DNA of 64,000 nt. Source: an uncultured Acidobacteriota bacterium. Lineage in GTDB: Bacteria > Acidobacteriota > Thermoanaerobaculia > UBA5066 > Gp7-AA6. Both the position numbers and the translations under genes were made by a program. The stretch's first letter is position 1. Every line of letters begins with the position of its first letter. Where the stretch lies: positions 11,127-75,126 of the forward strand of contig CAWALG010000041.1 of assembly GCA_963782815.1 (NCBI GenBank), given 5' to 3'. The notes under the pieces are model-generated. The model ran no database searches. It was not told the origin of the DNA and saw only the letters and a program-made list of their open reading frames with translations. Below are positions 11,235 through 21,561 of the stretch, piece by piece.

Positions 11235-14046
11235 ATGCGAGCCCTCTTCCTGCCGCCGACCTACCAGGACTCCGCGGAATCCGGCCGTCTCATCCTGCGC
11301 GATGGATCGACCGCGTTCCTCCGCCTCTCGGAGCCGGCGGATTTCGACGCGCTGAAGGATTTCTTCTATCAGCTCTCTCCGGAGTCGAGGAAGCGCCGCT
11401 TCTTCTCGAGCGCCAAACCTTCGGAGGCGCTTCTCGCGCGGCAATGCGATTCGTCCAATCCACGGTCGCAGCTGACGCTCATCGTCAGTCGCATCGTCGA
11501 AGGGACCTCTCGGATCATCGCGACCGGCTCCTATGCCGCGCGCGACGAGACCTCCGCCGAAGTCGCCTTCGCGGTCGATGACGAGTTCCAGGGGAAGGGC
11601 CTGGGCGGCCTTCTTCTGGAGCGGCTGGCGCTGCTCGCGGCCCGGCACGGCTTTACCCGCTTCTGGGCCCTGACCCGCATCGAGAATCGGCTCATGCTCG
11701 AGACCTTCCGCCAGTCGGGCTTTCCGCTCCACTCGAAGGTCGAGGACGAGTGCGTCGAGATCGACTTCTCCGTTGCCTCGAGCGAGGACAGCGTCAGCCG
11801 CTCGGAGATGCGGGACCGCGTCTTCACCACGGCCTCGCTCCACCCTTTCTTCAAGCCGCGGTCCGTCGCGTTCATCGGCGCCTCGCGCGACGCTTCCAGT
11901 CTCGGCTACCGCATTCTCGACGCGCTCGTGACCGGAGGCTTTCTCGGTCCGATCTACGCGGTGAACCCGAACGCGACGCACGTCCGGTCGTTGCCGGCCT
12001 ATCCCTCGGCGCGCCAGATCCCGCCGGGGGCCGATCTGGCCGTCGTGGCCGTCCCGCGGGACGCCGTTCTGCCGGTCGTGGACGACTGCGCCGCCGCCGG
12101 GGTGAGGGCGCTCCTGGTCATCACGGCGGGTTTCGCCGAGGCCGACGAGCCGGGGCACGCCTTGCAGGAGAAGCTCCTGGAGAGAGTTCGAGGCCACGGG
12201 ATGCGCATGATCGGCCCCAACTCGATGGGGCTCGTCAACGCCGATCCGGACATCCGGTTGAACGCCTCCCTCTCGACCGGACTGCCGCCGCACGGGAGCG
12301 TGGCGATGTCGTCCCAGAGCGGCGCTCTCGGCCTGGCCATGCTCGCCCTGGCGCGTCAGCGCCACGTGGGCGTCTCGACCTTCGTCAGCGTCGGGAACAA
12401 GGCCGACATCTCGGGCAACGACCTCCTGCAGTACTGGCAGGGGGACGAGGCGACGCGCGTGATCCTCCTCTACCTGGAGTCGTTCGGGAATCCGCGCCGG
12501 TTCGCTCGGATCGCCAAGAGCGTGAGCCGTTCCAAGCCGATCGTGGCCGTGAAAGCGGGGGGCACGGGCGCCCGGGGGATTCGAGGGGCCGCAGGATTTC
12601 CCTCCGATTTCGGGCGATGCCCCGGTGGATGCGCTCTTCCGCCAGACGGGCGTCATCCGGGCGGAGACGCTGGACGAGATGTTCGACCTCGCCGCCGCCC
12701 TCGAAAGGCAGCCCCTTCCGCCGGGACGGCGGGTCGCGATCCTCTCGGACGGCGGCGGCCCCGGCGTCCTCTGCGCTTCCGCCTGTCGAGCGGCGCGGCT
12801 GTCCGTGCCTCCGCTCTCGGATGCGACGAGGGAGCGCCTCGCGGCCTTTCTCCCTCCCTCGACGACGATCGGCAATCCCCTGGAGCTGTTTTTCGCTTCG
12901 TCGGAGGGCCCGTACGCGCAAGCCGTCGAGACGTTCCTCCTCGCTTCCGAGGTGGATGCCCTGATCGCGATCCACACGCCGCTCGACGCGAACGAGTCCG
13001 CCGTGATGCTGGAGGCGATCCGGCGGGGCACCGCGGCGGGGCGCGCGGCCGGAGTCGCCGGCAAGCCGGTCCTCGCCTGTCTGCTGGCCAAGGAGGACTC
13101 CGCCGCGCCGATCGCGCTCGCCGGCGAGATCATCCCCACGTACGCGTTCCCGGAGTCCGCCGCGCGGGTGCTGGGGAAGACGGCCGCCTACGCGGAGTGG
13201 CGCGCGGGACCGCATGGGATCATTCCCGACTTCGACGACATCGACCCCGACTCCGCCCGCGCGATCAGCCGGAAAGCGATCGAGGAGCGCGGAGCCGGAT
13301 GGCTCACGGCGCAGGAGGCCAGAGCGGTCCTCGGCGCCATGAAACTCCCCGTCGCTCCGGGAGGAGTCGCGGCAACGGCCGACGAGGCCGCGCAACTCGC
13401 CCGGGACGCCGGGTTTCCCGTGGCCGTCAAGCTGGCCTCGCGGCGGATCCTCCACAAGACGGAGAAGGGAGGAGTCCACTTGAACCTGGAGGACGAGGCC
13501 GCGGTCCGCGGCGCCTTCGAGGCGATTGCGCGTTCCTTCGAAGCCGACGGCGTTCTCGAGACGATGGAAGGCGTGCTCGTCGCTCCGATGGTCGGAAGCG
13601 GCGCCGAGGTCAGGGTGAGCATGGTCGAGGACCCTTCCTTCGGACCGCTCATCGCGTTCGGGCTGGGCGGGATCCACGTGGAGGTGGCCGCGGACGTGAG
13701 CGTGCGCGTGACGCCCCTGACCGACCGCGCCGCCGCCGCCATGGTGCGCGAGATCCGTGGCTTTCCCCTGCTCGAGGGATATCGCGGGCATCTCCCCGCC
13801 GACCTCGAGGCAATCCATGACGTCCTCCTGCGCGTCTCCCGGCTGGTCGAAGAGGTCCCCGAGATCGCCGAGCTCGAGGCGAGCCCCATCTTCGTGGGGC
13901 CTCCCGGCGAGGGCTGCCGCATCGCCGACGCGCGCATCCGCGTGGCGCTTCCCCGCAAGGGACAGGCCGCGCGGTACACGACGGCGGCGCCCGCGGACGT
14001 GACGGAGGGCGGTAGAGTACGATCTTCCGGAGGGAGCGTTCCATGA
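11235..14046 (+). CDS. N-terminal GNAT fused to an NDP-forming acyl-CoA synthetase-like protein (Pat-type acetyltransferase with inverted domain order), frameshift near 12600
   Basis: MRALFLPPTYQ...AFAVDDEFQGKGLGGLLLERL (GNAT), then FFKPRSVAFIGAS...GPNSMGL...SQSGALG (CoA-binding/ligase). Continues in ORF 12625..14046, which carries the ATP-grasp part. Confidence 0.85.
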
Positions 14047-14504
14047 CCGAGACTGCTGACAACGGCTGGCTGTATCAGAGAATCGTCGAGGACAGCCCGA
14101 TCGCGATGCTGTACGCGGATCGCGAAGGGAAGATCCGCTTCTGGAACAAGGGAGCCGAGGCCATGTTCGGCTACCGTCCGGAGGAGGCGCTCGGACAGTC
14201 GCTGGATCTCATCGTTCCCGAGAAGCAGAGACCCCGGCACTGGGAAGGCTGGCACAAGGTCATGGCGACGGGAGTCACCAAGTACGGCAGCGACGCGCTG
14301 GCGGTGCCGGCCCTGAAGAAGGACGGCTCGCGGATCTCGATCGAGTTCTACATCCTCCTGCTCCGCGGCTCGAACGGCGAGGTCGCGGGGGCGGCCGCGA
14401 TGATCCTGGACGTGACCGCCCGCTTTCAGCAGCAGAAGGAGTTGAGGGCGCGCCTCGCGGCCCTCGAGGCGAAGGCGGCGGAAGCGCCGCGCAGCGGCGT
14501 CTAG
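14043..14504 (+). CDS. PAS domain protein
   Basis: ORF 14043..14504: YQRIVEDSPIAMLYADREGKIRFWNKGAEAMFGYRPEEALGQSLDLIVP. ATGA overlap with the upstream stop. Confidence 0.85.
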   Translation: MTETADNGWLYQRIVEDSPIAMLYADREGKIRFWNKGAEAMFGYRPEEALGQSLDLIVPEKQRPRHWEGWHKVMATGVTKYGSDALAVPALKKDGSRISIEFYILLLRGSNGEVAGAAAMILDVTARFQQQKELRARLAALEAKAAEAPRSGV

Positions 14505-14508
14505 CGAA

Positions 14509-15247
14509 ATGGAGTTTCAACGGGTCAGCGGCCTGACCGCTCCGGACGGCCACGCGATTCCAGCCTTCCTCTTCTCGCCGGCCTCGCCTCGCGGCGGCGC
14601 GGTCGTGTGCCACGGGTATGGCGCGTCGAAGGAAGAGATGCTGGGGGTGGCGGCCGCCGTCGCCGAGAAGGGAACGGCCGCCCTCGTCATCGACCTCTGC
14701 GGGCACGGCGAGAACGTGGCGCCGATCGGCCCCGGCGATGCGCGAGGAGCTGGAAGCCGCGATCGCCTTCGTCCGGCGGTTCGGCAAGACGGCCGTCGTC
14801 GGCCACAGCCTGGGAGGAAGGCTGGCGCTCATGTCGTCGGCGGACGTCATGGTGGCGATGGCGCCGTCCGTCATGATGCAGATGTCCCCGCAGGGCAAAT
14901 GGATGTTCGAGAACCTCCCGAGCCCGGGTGTGCGCGAACCCTACAAGGGATACGTCATCGAGCTGCTCGAGAAGCTGGGGCCCGTGCCTCCGCACGGCCG
15001 CCCGTGTCTCCTCATCTACTCCGAGCGGGACATCCTGGCGCTCCTCGAGGGCGCCGACGGCCTGCAAGCCCAGCTTCCCTCCGCCGAAAAGCGTCTCATC
15101 TCCGCGCGCATCCGTCCCGACATCCAACACGAGAGCGGCCTCATCCGCTATTTTCCGCGGTGGTTCAACCACCTCGAGCTGCGCTTCAACCTCTCGGCCT
15201 GCGAGACCGCGGCGACGTGGCTGGCCGATCACCTGGCAAGGTCTTAA
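14509..15247 (+). CDS. alpha/beta hydrolase (dienelactone-hydrolase-like), frameshift near 14735
   Basis: ORF 14509.. (…GGAVVCHGYGASKEEMLGVAAAVAEKGTAALVIDLCGHGEN) continues in ORF 14618..15247 (…KTAVVGHSLGGRLAL…). Confidence 0.78.
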
Positions 15248-15335
15248 CGACCCGCTTGCCGGTGCGCGGGTGACGCAGATCCATCACAGGCGCGAAGCGA
15301 CGGTGTGCTACGCTTTTTGAGAAACGGAGCGAAAA

Positions 15336-15554
15336 ATGCAGTGGGAGTACTTCGATCGAATGGTCGTCTTCAACGACGGGGAAGAGGGAATGGTGAGCGG
15401 GCTGGACGCCTGGATCAACGGCGTCGGCGCCGAAGGGTGGGAGCTCGTGTCCTCGATCCCCCTCATCGCTCCGAACAAGGACGGCGTCGCCTACGGGACG
15501 ATCGGCATCCACCTGATCTTCAAGCGGCCGGTGCTCGCTCCGCAGGAAGCGTGA
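15336..15554 (+). CDS. DUF4177-like small protein
   Basis: MQWEYFDRMVVF...LDAWINGVGAEGWELVSSIP...IHLIFKRP. The pattern matches DUF4177 as I remember it. Confidence 0.6.
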   Translation: MQWEYFDRMVVFNDGEEGMVSGLDAWINGVGAEGWELVSSIPLIAPNKDGVAYGTIGIHLIFKRPVLAPQEA

Positions 15555-15561
15555 GCGAGCC

Positions 15562-15887
15562 ATGGCGGGGGAGAGCGGCCCGGCGCTGATCGAGAGCCGC
15601 TACGGCCCGCTCGGGAGCGGCGGGCAGAGCTCTGACGATCAAGGGCGTCGTCTATTCGGTTTCCGATCTGTTGGTCCGCATGGCGCTCAACTTCGACGAC
15701 AGCCGGGCCATCGACGCGTCTGGAGCTGGCGGAAGGGCGCTATGCCTTCCGTTACTACGACGGGCAGGACCAGCGCGTCGTCGCCCTCGAGTTCGATGCC
15801 GACTTCCGCACTCTGTCCGAGTTTCGCGCTGCCTTCCCCCGGCAGATCGGAGACGAGGAGTACTACCCGCAACACTGCGGGCATTAG
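15562..15887 (+). CDS. hypothetical protein, frameshifted
   Basis: ORF 15562..15897 plus a hand-read alternate frame ending ELAEGRYAFRYYDGQDQRVVALEFDADFRTLSEFRAAFPRQIGDEEYYPQHCGH. Confidence 0.35.
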
Positions 15888-15898
15888 GAGGCAATGAG

Positions 15899-16279
15899 AT
15901 GGTTACCTTCGAGTACCGGTTCGACGTCCTTCCCGGGAAGCTGGATGAATACGAGAAATACACTCAGGGCGCCGGCAAGGACATCTGGCTGAAGTTCTCC
16001 GGCGTCCAGGCTGTCCGCGTGTACAAGAGCATGCTGGGAGGGTCGTCCCCGCAGCGGCTGGTCCAGGTGGACCTGGAGAGCCTCGGGGCGCTCGAGAAGA
16101 TCCTCTCGGATCCGGGCTTCCGGAAGGCCAAGCACACCTTCCACAGCCTGGTCACGCACGTCTCCGACTCCTTGCTCGTCCAGGTCAGCGACGAAGAAGA
16201 AGTAGGGACCAGGCCGGGAGCGGGTGTCAGGGGGACAGGTGCCAGGGGAACTGTCCCTGACACCTGTCCTTCACCCTGA
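15899..16279 (+). CDS. hypothetical small alpha+beta protein (EthD/Dabb-like guess)
   Basis: ATG 15899 preceded by AGGAGG. MVTFEYRFDVLPGKLDEYEKYTQGAGKDIWLKFSGVQAVRVYKSMLGGSSPQRLVQVDLESL... The C-terminal tail runs through a hairpin repeat. Confidence 0.5.
   Translation: MVTFEYRFDVLPGKLDEYEKYTQGAGKDIWLKFSGVQAVRVYKSMLGGSSPQRLVQVDLESLGALEKILSDPGFRKAKHTFHSLVTHVSDSLLVQVSDEEEVGTRPGAGVRGTGARGTVPDTCPSP
16222..16266. repeat. word-hairpin, GGTGTCAG family
   Basis: GGGTGTCAGGGGGACAGGTGCCAGGGGAACTGTCCCTGACACCTGTCC. It lies between convergent genes and uses the same word as 26249-26395. Confidence 0.7.
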
Positions 16280-16284
16280 CTACC

Positions 16285-16767
16285 TTTCCCCGCTACCTGC
16301 GCGCGGCCGGAGGAGAGCGCCTGGATGACGGCGCCCCAGTTGTCGAACCACGTCTCGAAGGCGGCGCGCAACTGGGCCCGCCCCTGCTCGTCGGCTGCCT
16401 TGCGCAGGGCCTCCACGACCGCCGCGGTGGAGGGGCGAAGGCGGCGTTCGCCGAGCGGGGTCAGCTTCACGTAGACGAGGCGGCGATCCTTCGAGGAGCG
16501 CCTGGTGCGGACGAGCCCCGCCCGCTCCATCCGCCGGACGAGGGCGGACGTCGTGTTCATCGTGGCGAATGTCTGGCGCGCCAGATCGCCGATGGTCAGG
16601 GGCTCGCCGAAGGGGTTGCCCGCGAGCGTCAACAGGGCGAACTGCTGCGCGGGCGTCAGGCCGCCCTCCGTCGTCTCGGCCGTGATGGTCTTCCGGACCG
16701 ACTCGAAGAAGCGCCGCAGATGGGCCATCGTGCGGTAGGACTCCGAGAGACTCTGAGGCGTGACCAT
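16285..16767 (-). CDS. MarR family transcriptional regulator (3' end uncertain)
   Basis: ORF 15964..16767: ...LTPAQQFALLTLAGNPFGEPLTIGDLARQTFATMNTTSALVRRMERAGLVRTRRSSKDRRLVYVKLTPLGE. The ORF reads through the hairpin into the convergent gene, so the true stop was probably lost to an indel. Confidence 0.8.
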
Positions 16768-16885
16768 CGCCCGACATTATAGGAAGGCCCAGAAACCGCT
16801 TGACTCCGGGCCGGAGGCGGGGCCTAAAATCACTCCACACGATGAATAGTCGACGACACGTAGTATTTGGCCCGCGGCTCCGACC

Positions 16886-17845
16886 ATGAAGGGGATGGCC
16901 TTGCCCGTCCTCCTGGCGCCTGCCGGAAGCCGCGAGGCCGTCGCGGCCGCGCTCGACGCGGGGGCGGACGCCGTGTACGTGGGCCTGAAGGGCTGGAGCC
17001 GGGGCGGGGCGCGCCGGGAGCTTGACTGGGACGAGCTCGTCGCCGCGCAGCGAGAGGCTCGATCGGCCGGACGGAGGCTGCAGGTCGCGATCAATACCAT
17101 CCCGAAGCCGCAGGAGCGCGCCGAGCTCTTCGGGCGCATTCCCGCCCTCCTGGACCTCGGGATTGACGAGGTCATCGTCAACGACATCGGGATCCTGGAA
17201 GCCCTGCGACGCGGGTTTCCGGACCTGCGGCTGACGGCCGGCATCGGCTGCGGAGCCCAGACGGTCGCGGATGCCGCTTTCTTCCGGGACCTGGGGGCTC
17301 ACGCCGTCGTTCTTCCGGGAACGGTGAGCCCCGCGGAGATGCGCCAGATCAGGACCGTCCGGGGAATCGCCGTAGAGATCATGGTCCACATGGTCGAGGA
17401 GTTCGTCCTGCTCGGGAAGTGCTGGATGCCGAGCTACGTGCATCTGAAGCCGTCGCCCCTTCCGGCCTTGTTCACCTCGGAGGCCGACGCGGGCGACAGG
17501 CCGGAGGGAGCGTTCTCGGGACTGCGGCAGACGGGCAGCATGAAGCGGGGGGGTGTGGGAGCTTGCTTCAGGATCTGCCAGCAACCCTGGGAGCTCTACG
17601 CCGGCGGGCGGCGGGTGGACTCGCGCCTCTTTCCCAGCCGGCAGATCAGCCGCATTACAGAGGTCGGGGCCTACGCCGAGGCGGGCGTGGACGTCTTGAA
17701 GCTCCAGGGTCGGAGCCTTCCTGTGGAGCTTCTGGCGCCCCTCGTCGAGCGCTACCGCCGAGCGATCGACGCTCGAACGGCTTTGCCCGCGGATGTGACC
17801 CGGCCGGCCGCATTGCCGGCGGCATGGGCCGTGGTCGGGCGATGA
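16886..17845 (+). CDS. peptidase U32 family protein (paralog 1)
   Basis: MKGMALPVLLAPAGSREAVAAALDAGADAVYVGLKGWSRGG...VHMVEEFVLLGKCWMPSYV. Confidence 0.85.
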   Translation: MKGMALPVLLAPAGSREAVAAALDAGADAVYVGLKGWSRGGARRELDWDELVAAQREARSAGRRLQVAINTIPKPQERAELFGRIPALLDLGIDEVIVNDIGILEALRRGFPDLRLTAGIGCGAQTVADAAFFRDLGAHAVVLPGTVSPAEMRQIRTVRGIAVEIMVHMVEEFVLLGKCWMPSYVHLKPSPLPALFTSEADAGDRPEGAFSGLRQTGSMKRGGVGACFRICQQPWELYAGGRRVDSRLFPSRQISRITEVGAYAEAGVDVLKLQGRSLPVELLAPLVERYRRAIDARTALPADVTRPAALPAAWAVVGR

Positions 17846-17852
17846 GAGAGCT

Positions 17853-18806
17853 ATGAGCCGGTTCGAGTTGAACACGACGATCGCGAACCTCAGGGACCTT
17901 CGGGACTCGGATCTGCGCGACTACGACGGAGTGTACCTGGGCGACATCTACTGCCGGATCTACGAGGCGAACTTCCTGGAGCACCTCGAGGATCTGACGG
18001 AAGGGCTCCACATTCTCAAGGATCAGGGGAAGCGGGCCTACGTGACGACGTATGCGGCGCCGCGCAACGACTTCCTTCCCAAGGTGCGCAGGATGCTGGA
18101 AACCTCGGCGGCGGCGGGCGCGGACGCGCTCGAGGTCCATAATCTCGGGATCTTGAAGATCGCCCACGACGAGTTCCCGGACGTCCCGGTGCACATCGGA
18201 GGCTTTGCGAATGTGTACACGGCCGCAGGCGTCGAGGTCCTGCGCGGGTTCGGGGCCGTGCGGTTCACGCCCAACTACGAGCTGAGCCTGGACGAGATCA
18301 ACGAGATCACGGCCGCCTGCGGCGCGCCCATGGAGCTGCTCGTTCACGGCAAGATGCCCCTGGGGATCTCGGACTACTGCTTCCTGCTCGACTATGAAGA
18401 GAAGTGGGGCGTCAAGTGTCCGGACCTCTGCCAGAAGGAGCTGTTCCTGAAACAGGGGGACTGGGCGATGAAGTCGGTGGGGAAGGGAATCATGAGCGGC
18501 AAGGACGTGTGCATGCTGGAGCACCTGCCGCGCCTCCTCTCCGAGGGCCACCGGCACTTTCGAATCGAGACCGTATCGGAGAGCCCCGAGTACCGGCGCG
18601 AGGTGGCGTCGGTGTATCGGGCGGCGCTGGAGCGGGCCGCAGCAGGTGATGGCAGGGTCGACGAGAGCTGGTGGGAGACCATCCGGCGTCATGCCCGTAT
18701 CGGTCTGTGCAACGGGTTCTACTTCGGCAAGTCCGGAATGGACTACGCGGGCATCCGTCCGGAGGCGATCGGGTCCTTCCTGGGGTTTTCTCGCGCTGAG
18801 TCGTAG
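17853..18806 (+). CDS. peptidase U32 family protein (paralog 2, Cys-rich)
   Basis: …YDGVYLGDIYCRIYE…ELLVHGKMPLGISDYCFLLDYEEKWGVKCPDLCQKE…. Confidence 0.8.
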   Translation: MSRFELNTTIANLRDLRDSDLRDYDGVYLGDIYCRIYEANFLEHLEDLTEGLHILKDQGKRAYVTTYAAPRNDFLPKVRRMLETSAAAGADALEVHNLGILKIAHDEFPDVPVHIGGFANVYTAAGVEVLRGFGAVRFTPNYELSLDEINEITAACGAPMELLVHGKMPLGISDYCFLLDYEEKWGVKCPDLCQKELFLKQGDWAMKSVGKGIMSGKDVCMLEHLPRLLSEGHRHFRIETVSESPEYRREVASVYRAALERAAAGDGRVDESWWETIRRHARIGLCNGFYFGKSGMDYAGIRPEAIGSFLGFSRAES

Positions 18807-18837
18807 ACGCGGATCTTCAGTTCAAAGAGAGGCGCTC

Positions 18838-19814
18838 ATGGTTGAACTTCTGGCACCGGCAGGCAATCTTCCGATGGTCGAGGCTGCGGTCGTCGGCGGC
18901 GCGAACGCCATCTACGTGGGGCCCCGCGGCTGGAGTCGGCGGCGCGACCAGCTACGAGATGTCCGACGACGACGTGCGTGCCGCCCTTGGAATCGCCCAC
19001 GGGGGCGGCGCCAAGCTGCGGGTGGCCTTCAACACCAACATGCAGTCGCACGAGATCGCTCCCATGCTCCGGAAGATGGAGCGCTTCGTGTCCTGGGGAG
19101 TGGACGGGGCGATCATGACCGACGTCGGCGCGATCGCGGAGGTCCACCGACGCTTCCCGGATCTGACCATCCACGCCTCGATCGGGGCCAACATCCTGAA
19201 CAACGAGGACGTGCTCTTCTACCGGTCCATCGGCGTCTCGCAGGTCGTGGCCGACACGAAGCTGACCTTGAAAGAGCTGGCCTCCCGCAGCGAGCAGATC
19301 GATGTCGGGATCGAGATCCTGATCCACGCCAACAAGTGCTACACCTATCTCGGGAAGTGCTGGATGTCCCCCTATCACCGGCTCGAGCGCACCACTGACC
19401 CCTTCGGTAAGGACCTGTTCAAGGGGAGCCCCAACCGCGGCGGCCTCGACTACCGCGTCTGTATGGAGTCGTGGGAGCTCTACAGCGGGGACAGGATGTG
19501 GGAGAAGAGCGTGGCCTTGAAGAACGACGCCTTCTTCCTCCTGGAGGACATCCCGCAGCCTGATCGATATCGGCGTGCACTGCCTGAAGGTGCAGGGGCG
19601 CGAGTATCCCGTGCCCCTCGTCGAGCGCATGGTCCGGTTCTACCGGGACCTGATCGACGCCTACTCTCGCCTCACCCGAAGGGCGAGCCTTCAACCTCTC
19701 GCCCTGGCAGTCGCGCCTGGCCGCGATCCAGGCGGAGCGGGACACGGCCCGGTCCGACGGGACCCGGATGCTGCTCGCCGAGGCGCGGCAGCCGGTCCCG
19801 GCTCGAGCAAGTTA
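18838..19814 (+). CDS. peptidase U32 family protein (paralog 3), at least 2 frameshifts (about 18940, 19560, 19680)
   Basis: MVELLAPAGNLPMVEAAVVGGANAIYVGPRGWSRR, then ORF 18842..20092 (…ILIHANKCYTYLGKCWMSPYH…), then ORF 19575..19850 (HCLKVQGREYPVPLVERMVRFYRDLIDAY). The hand-read tail ends at TAG 19812-19814. Confidence 0.78.
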
Positions 19815-19922
19815 GCGGGGATCTTGCGGTCGCCCGAACCCCTGAGTTAGCTCGTCGCCCGGACGCGCCGCGTCAGCCCCGAGAATCGGCCGCGGACTCC
19901 GCGCCACCCGGGCGGTTCGTTC

Positions 19923-20340
19923 GTGGCGCCGGAATCCTCCGTTTGGATCAGGAAAGGAGTGTCGCAGGGCCATACAATCCCCGCTCGGCAGGGGGAAACC
20001 GTGCCGCTCGGCCCCGGGCAGACGCTGCTGCACTACCGTCTCGTCGAAAAGCTCGGCGAGGGCGGGATGGGCGTTGTTTGGAAGGCCGTTGACACCACGC
20101 TCGACCGCGAGGTTGCGGTCAAAGTCCTGCCCGAAACCGTCGCCGCAGAAGCCGACCGGATCTCCCGCTTTGAGCGCGAGGCCAAGGCGATCGCCGCGCT
20201 GAACCACCCCAACATCATCACCGTTTTTTCCATCGAGAAGTGCGACGGGATTCCCTTCATCACGATGGAGCTGGTGGAGGGGGAAAGTCTGGAGGGGCTG
20301 ATTCGCGCGGCCTGCCGTCGGCGCTTTCCGCGCCTAGCCG
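19923..20340 (+). pseudogene. Ser/Thr protein kinase remnant (N-lobe only)
   Basis: …LLHYRLVEKLGEGGMGVVWKAVDTTLDREVAVKVLP…FEREAKAIAALNHPNIITVFSIE…FITMELVEGESLEGLI. After that there is no HRD or DFG segment in any frame before the next gene. Confidence 0.7.
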
Positions 20341-20361
20341 GCGCGTTCGCGCCGGCTGGAG

Positions 20362-21561
20362 GTGAAGATTCCGCGGCACGCCGTCTTTCGGCTCGCTGCT
20401 GGCGTTGGGGCTCCTCGCGGCGCAAGGCTCCCCGAAGCCGAAGCGGGCGGTCGAGATCCGAATCGGGGAGATCGACTCCTTGAGCGGCGTCCTGGCGGCG
20501 CAGGGAACGGCGGTGCACGAAGGGGTCGTCTACGCCGTCTCGGAGGTCAACGGCCGGGGCGGGATCCAGGGTCGCCCCGTGAAGCTGGTCACGAGGGACG
20601 ACGGGAGCCGGCCGGACGAGGCGACGACCGCGGCCTGGATCTGGCCGTCCGGCAACGGGTCAGCGCCCTGGTGGGGGGCTACGTCGACAGCATCGTCGGC
20701 CCGGTGGCGCAGGTGGCGCAGCGGGAGCGCGTTCCCTACGTCGCGAGCTCCTCGCTCGACCAGCGTCTGACCCGGCGCGGCAACTCGTACTTCTTCCGGA
20801 TCAGCCGGCTTGAGCCCTTCGTGGACGCCACGACGGCCGTCCCGCTGGAGCTTTTGCCCACCAGGGAGGTGGCGATTCTCTATTCGAGCACGCCGGGGGC
20901 CACGCAGCTCGCGCGGCTTCAGAAGGAACGGCTCGAGGCACGGGGAGTGAAAGTCTCCGCCTTCGAGAGCTTCCAGACGGGGACTCCGGATTTCATCCCT
21001 CTCGTCGGCCGCGTGAAGGCGAGCGGGGCGCAGCTGCTGCTCATGGATGGATTCTTCGGGGACAATCTCGTCCTGCTGCGGCAGATCCAGGGGCCGAAGG
21101 GTCCGGCCCTGCCGGTCGTCGGCGCCTTCGGAATGGAGTTTCCCGCCCTGATCGAGCAACTCGGCCCGCTCGGGGAGGGGGCGTTGGGAGCAATCGTCTG
21201 GGAGCCCGGGATGTCGCTCTCGGGAGACCTGGAGGGAAGCCGCGCCTACGAGAGGGGATTCGCCAGGCAGTTCGGCCACCCTCCCGCGCCGCTTTCCATG
21301 TACGGCTACACGGCGACGCGGGCGGTCCTTGCGGCGCTCGCGAAGGCGTCCAGCCCTTCCGCCCCGCTCGAGGCCGCCGACGCCGTCCGCGCCGCGCTCT
21401 CCCAGACCGACTTGAAGCTTCCGCTCGAGCATCTCCGGTTCGACGCGCACGGGGACCCGCTGCACTACGAGGTGGGTATCTTCCAGATCCAGAAGGGACG
21501 GCACGTCCTGCTCTATCCTCGCGACCGGGCGACGGGGAAACTGATCGGGCCAAAGCCATGA
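20362..21561 (+). CDS. ABC transporter substrate-binding protein (branched-chain amino acid / PBP1 type), at least 2 frameshifts
   Basis: Signal-like N-terminus (MKIPRHAV / FGSLLALGLLAAQG, split between frames). ORF 20405..20770 (…EIRIGEIDSLSGVLAAQGTAVHEGVVYAVSEVNGRGGIQGRPVKLVTRDDG) continues in ORF 20362..21561 (…VSALVGGYVDSIVGPVAQVAQRERVPYV…). Confidence 0.8.
   Translation: MKIPRHAVFRLAAGVGAPRGARLPEAEAGGRDPNRGDRLLERRPGGAGNGGARRGRLRRLGGQRPGRDPGSPREAGHEGRREPAGRGDDRGLDLAVRQRVSALVGGYVDSIVGPVAQVAQRERVPYVASSSLDQRLTRRGNSYFFRISRLEPFVDATTAVPLELLPTREVAILYSSTPGATQLARLQKERLEARGVKVSAFESFQTGTPDFIPLVGRVKASGAQLLLMDGFFGDNLVLLRQIQGPKGPALPVVGAFGMEFPALIEQLGPLGEGALGAIVWEPGMSLSGDLEGSRAYERGFARQFGHPPAPLSMYGYTATRAVLAALAKASSPSAPLEAADAVRAALSQTDLKLPLEHLRFDAHGDPLHYEVGIFQIQKGRHVLLYPRDRATGKLIGPKP

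Noticed and set aside
19923-21561. A single kinase-PBP1 sensor fusion protein
   Set aside because: The kinase catalytic and activation loops are missing in all frames. The binding protein has its own start and signal peptide. I therefore treated this as a kinase remnant plus a separate gene.
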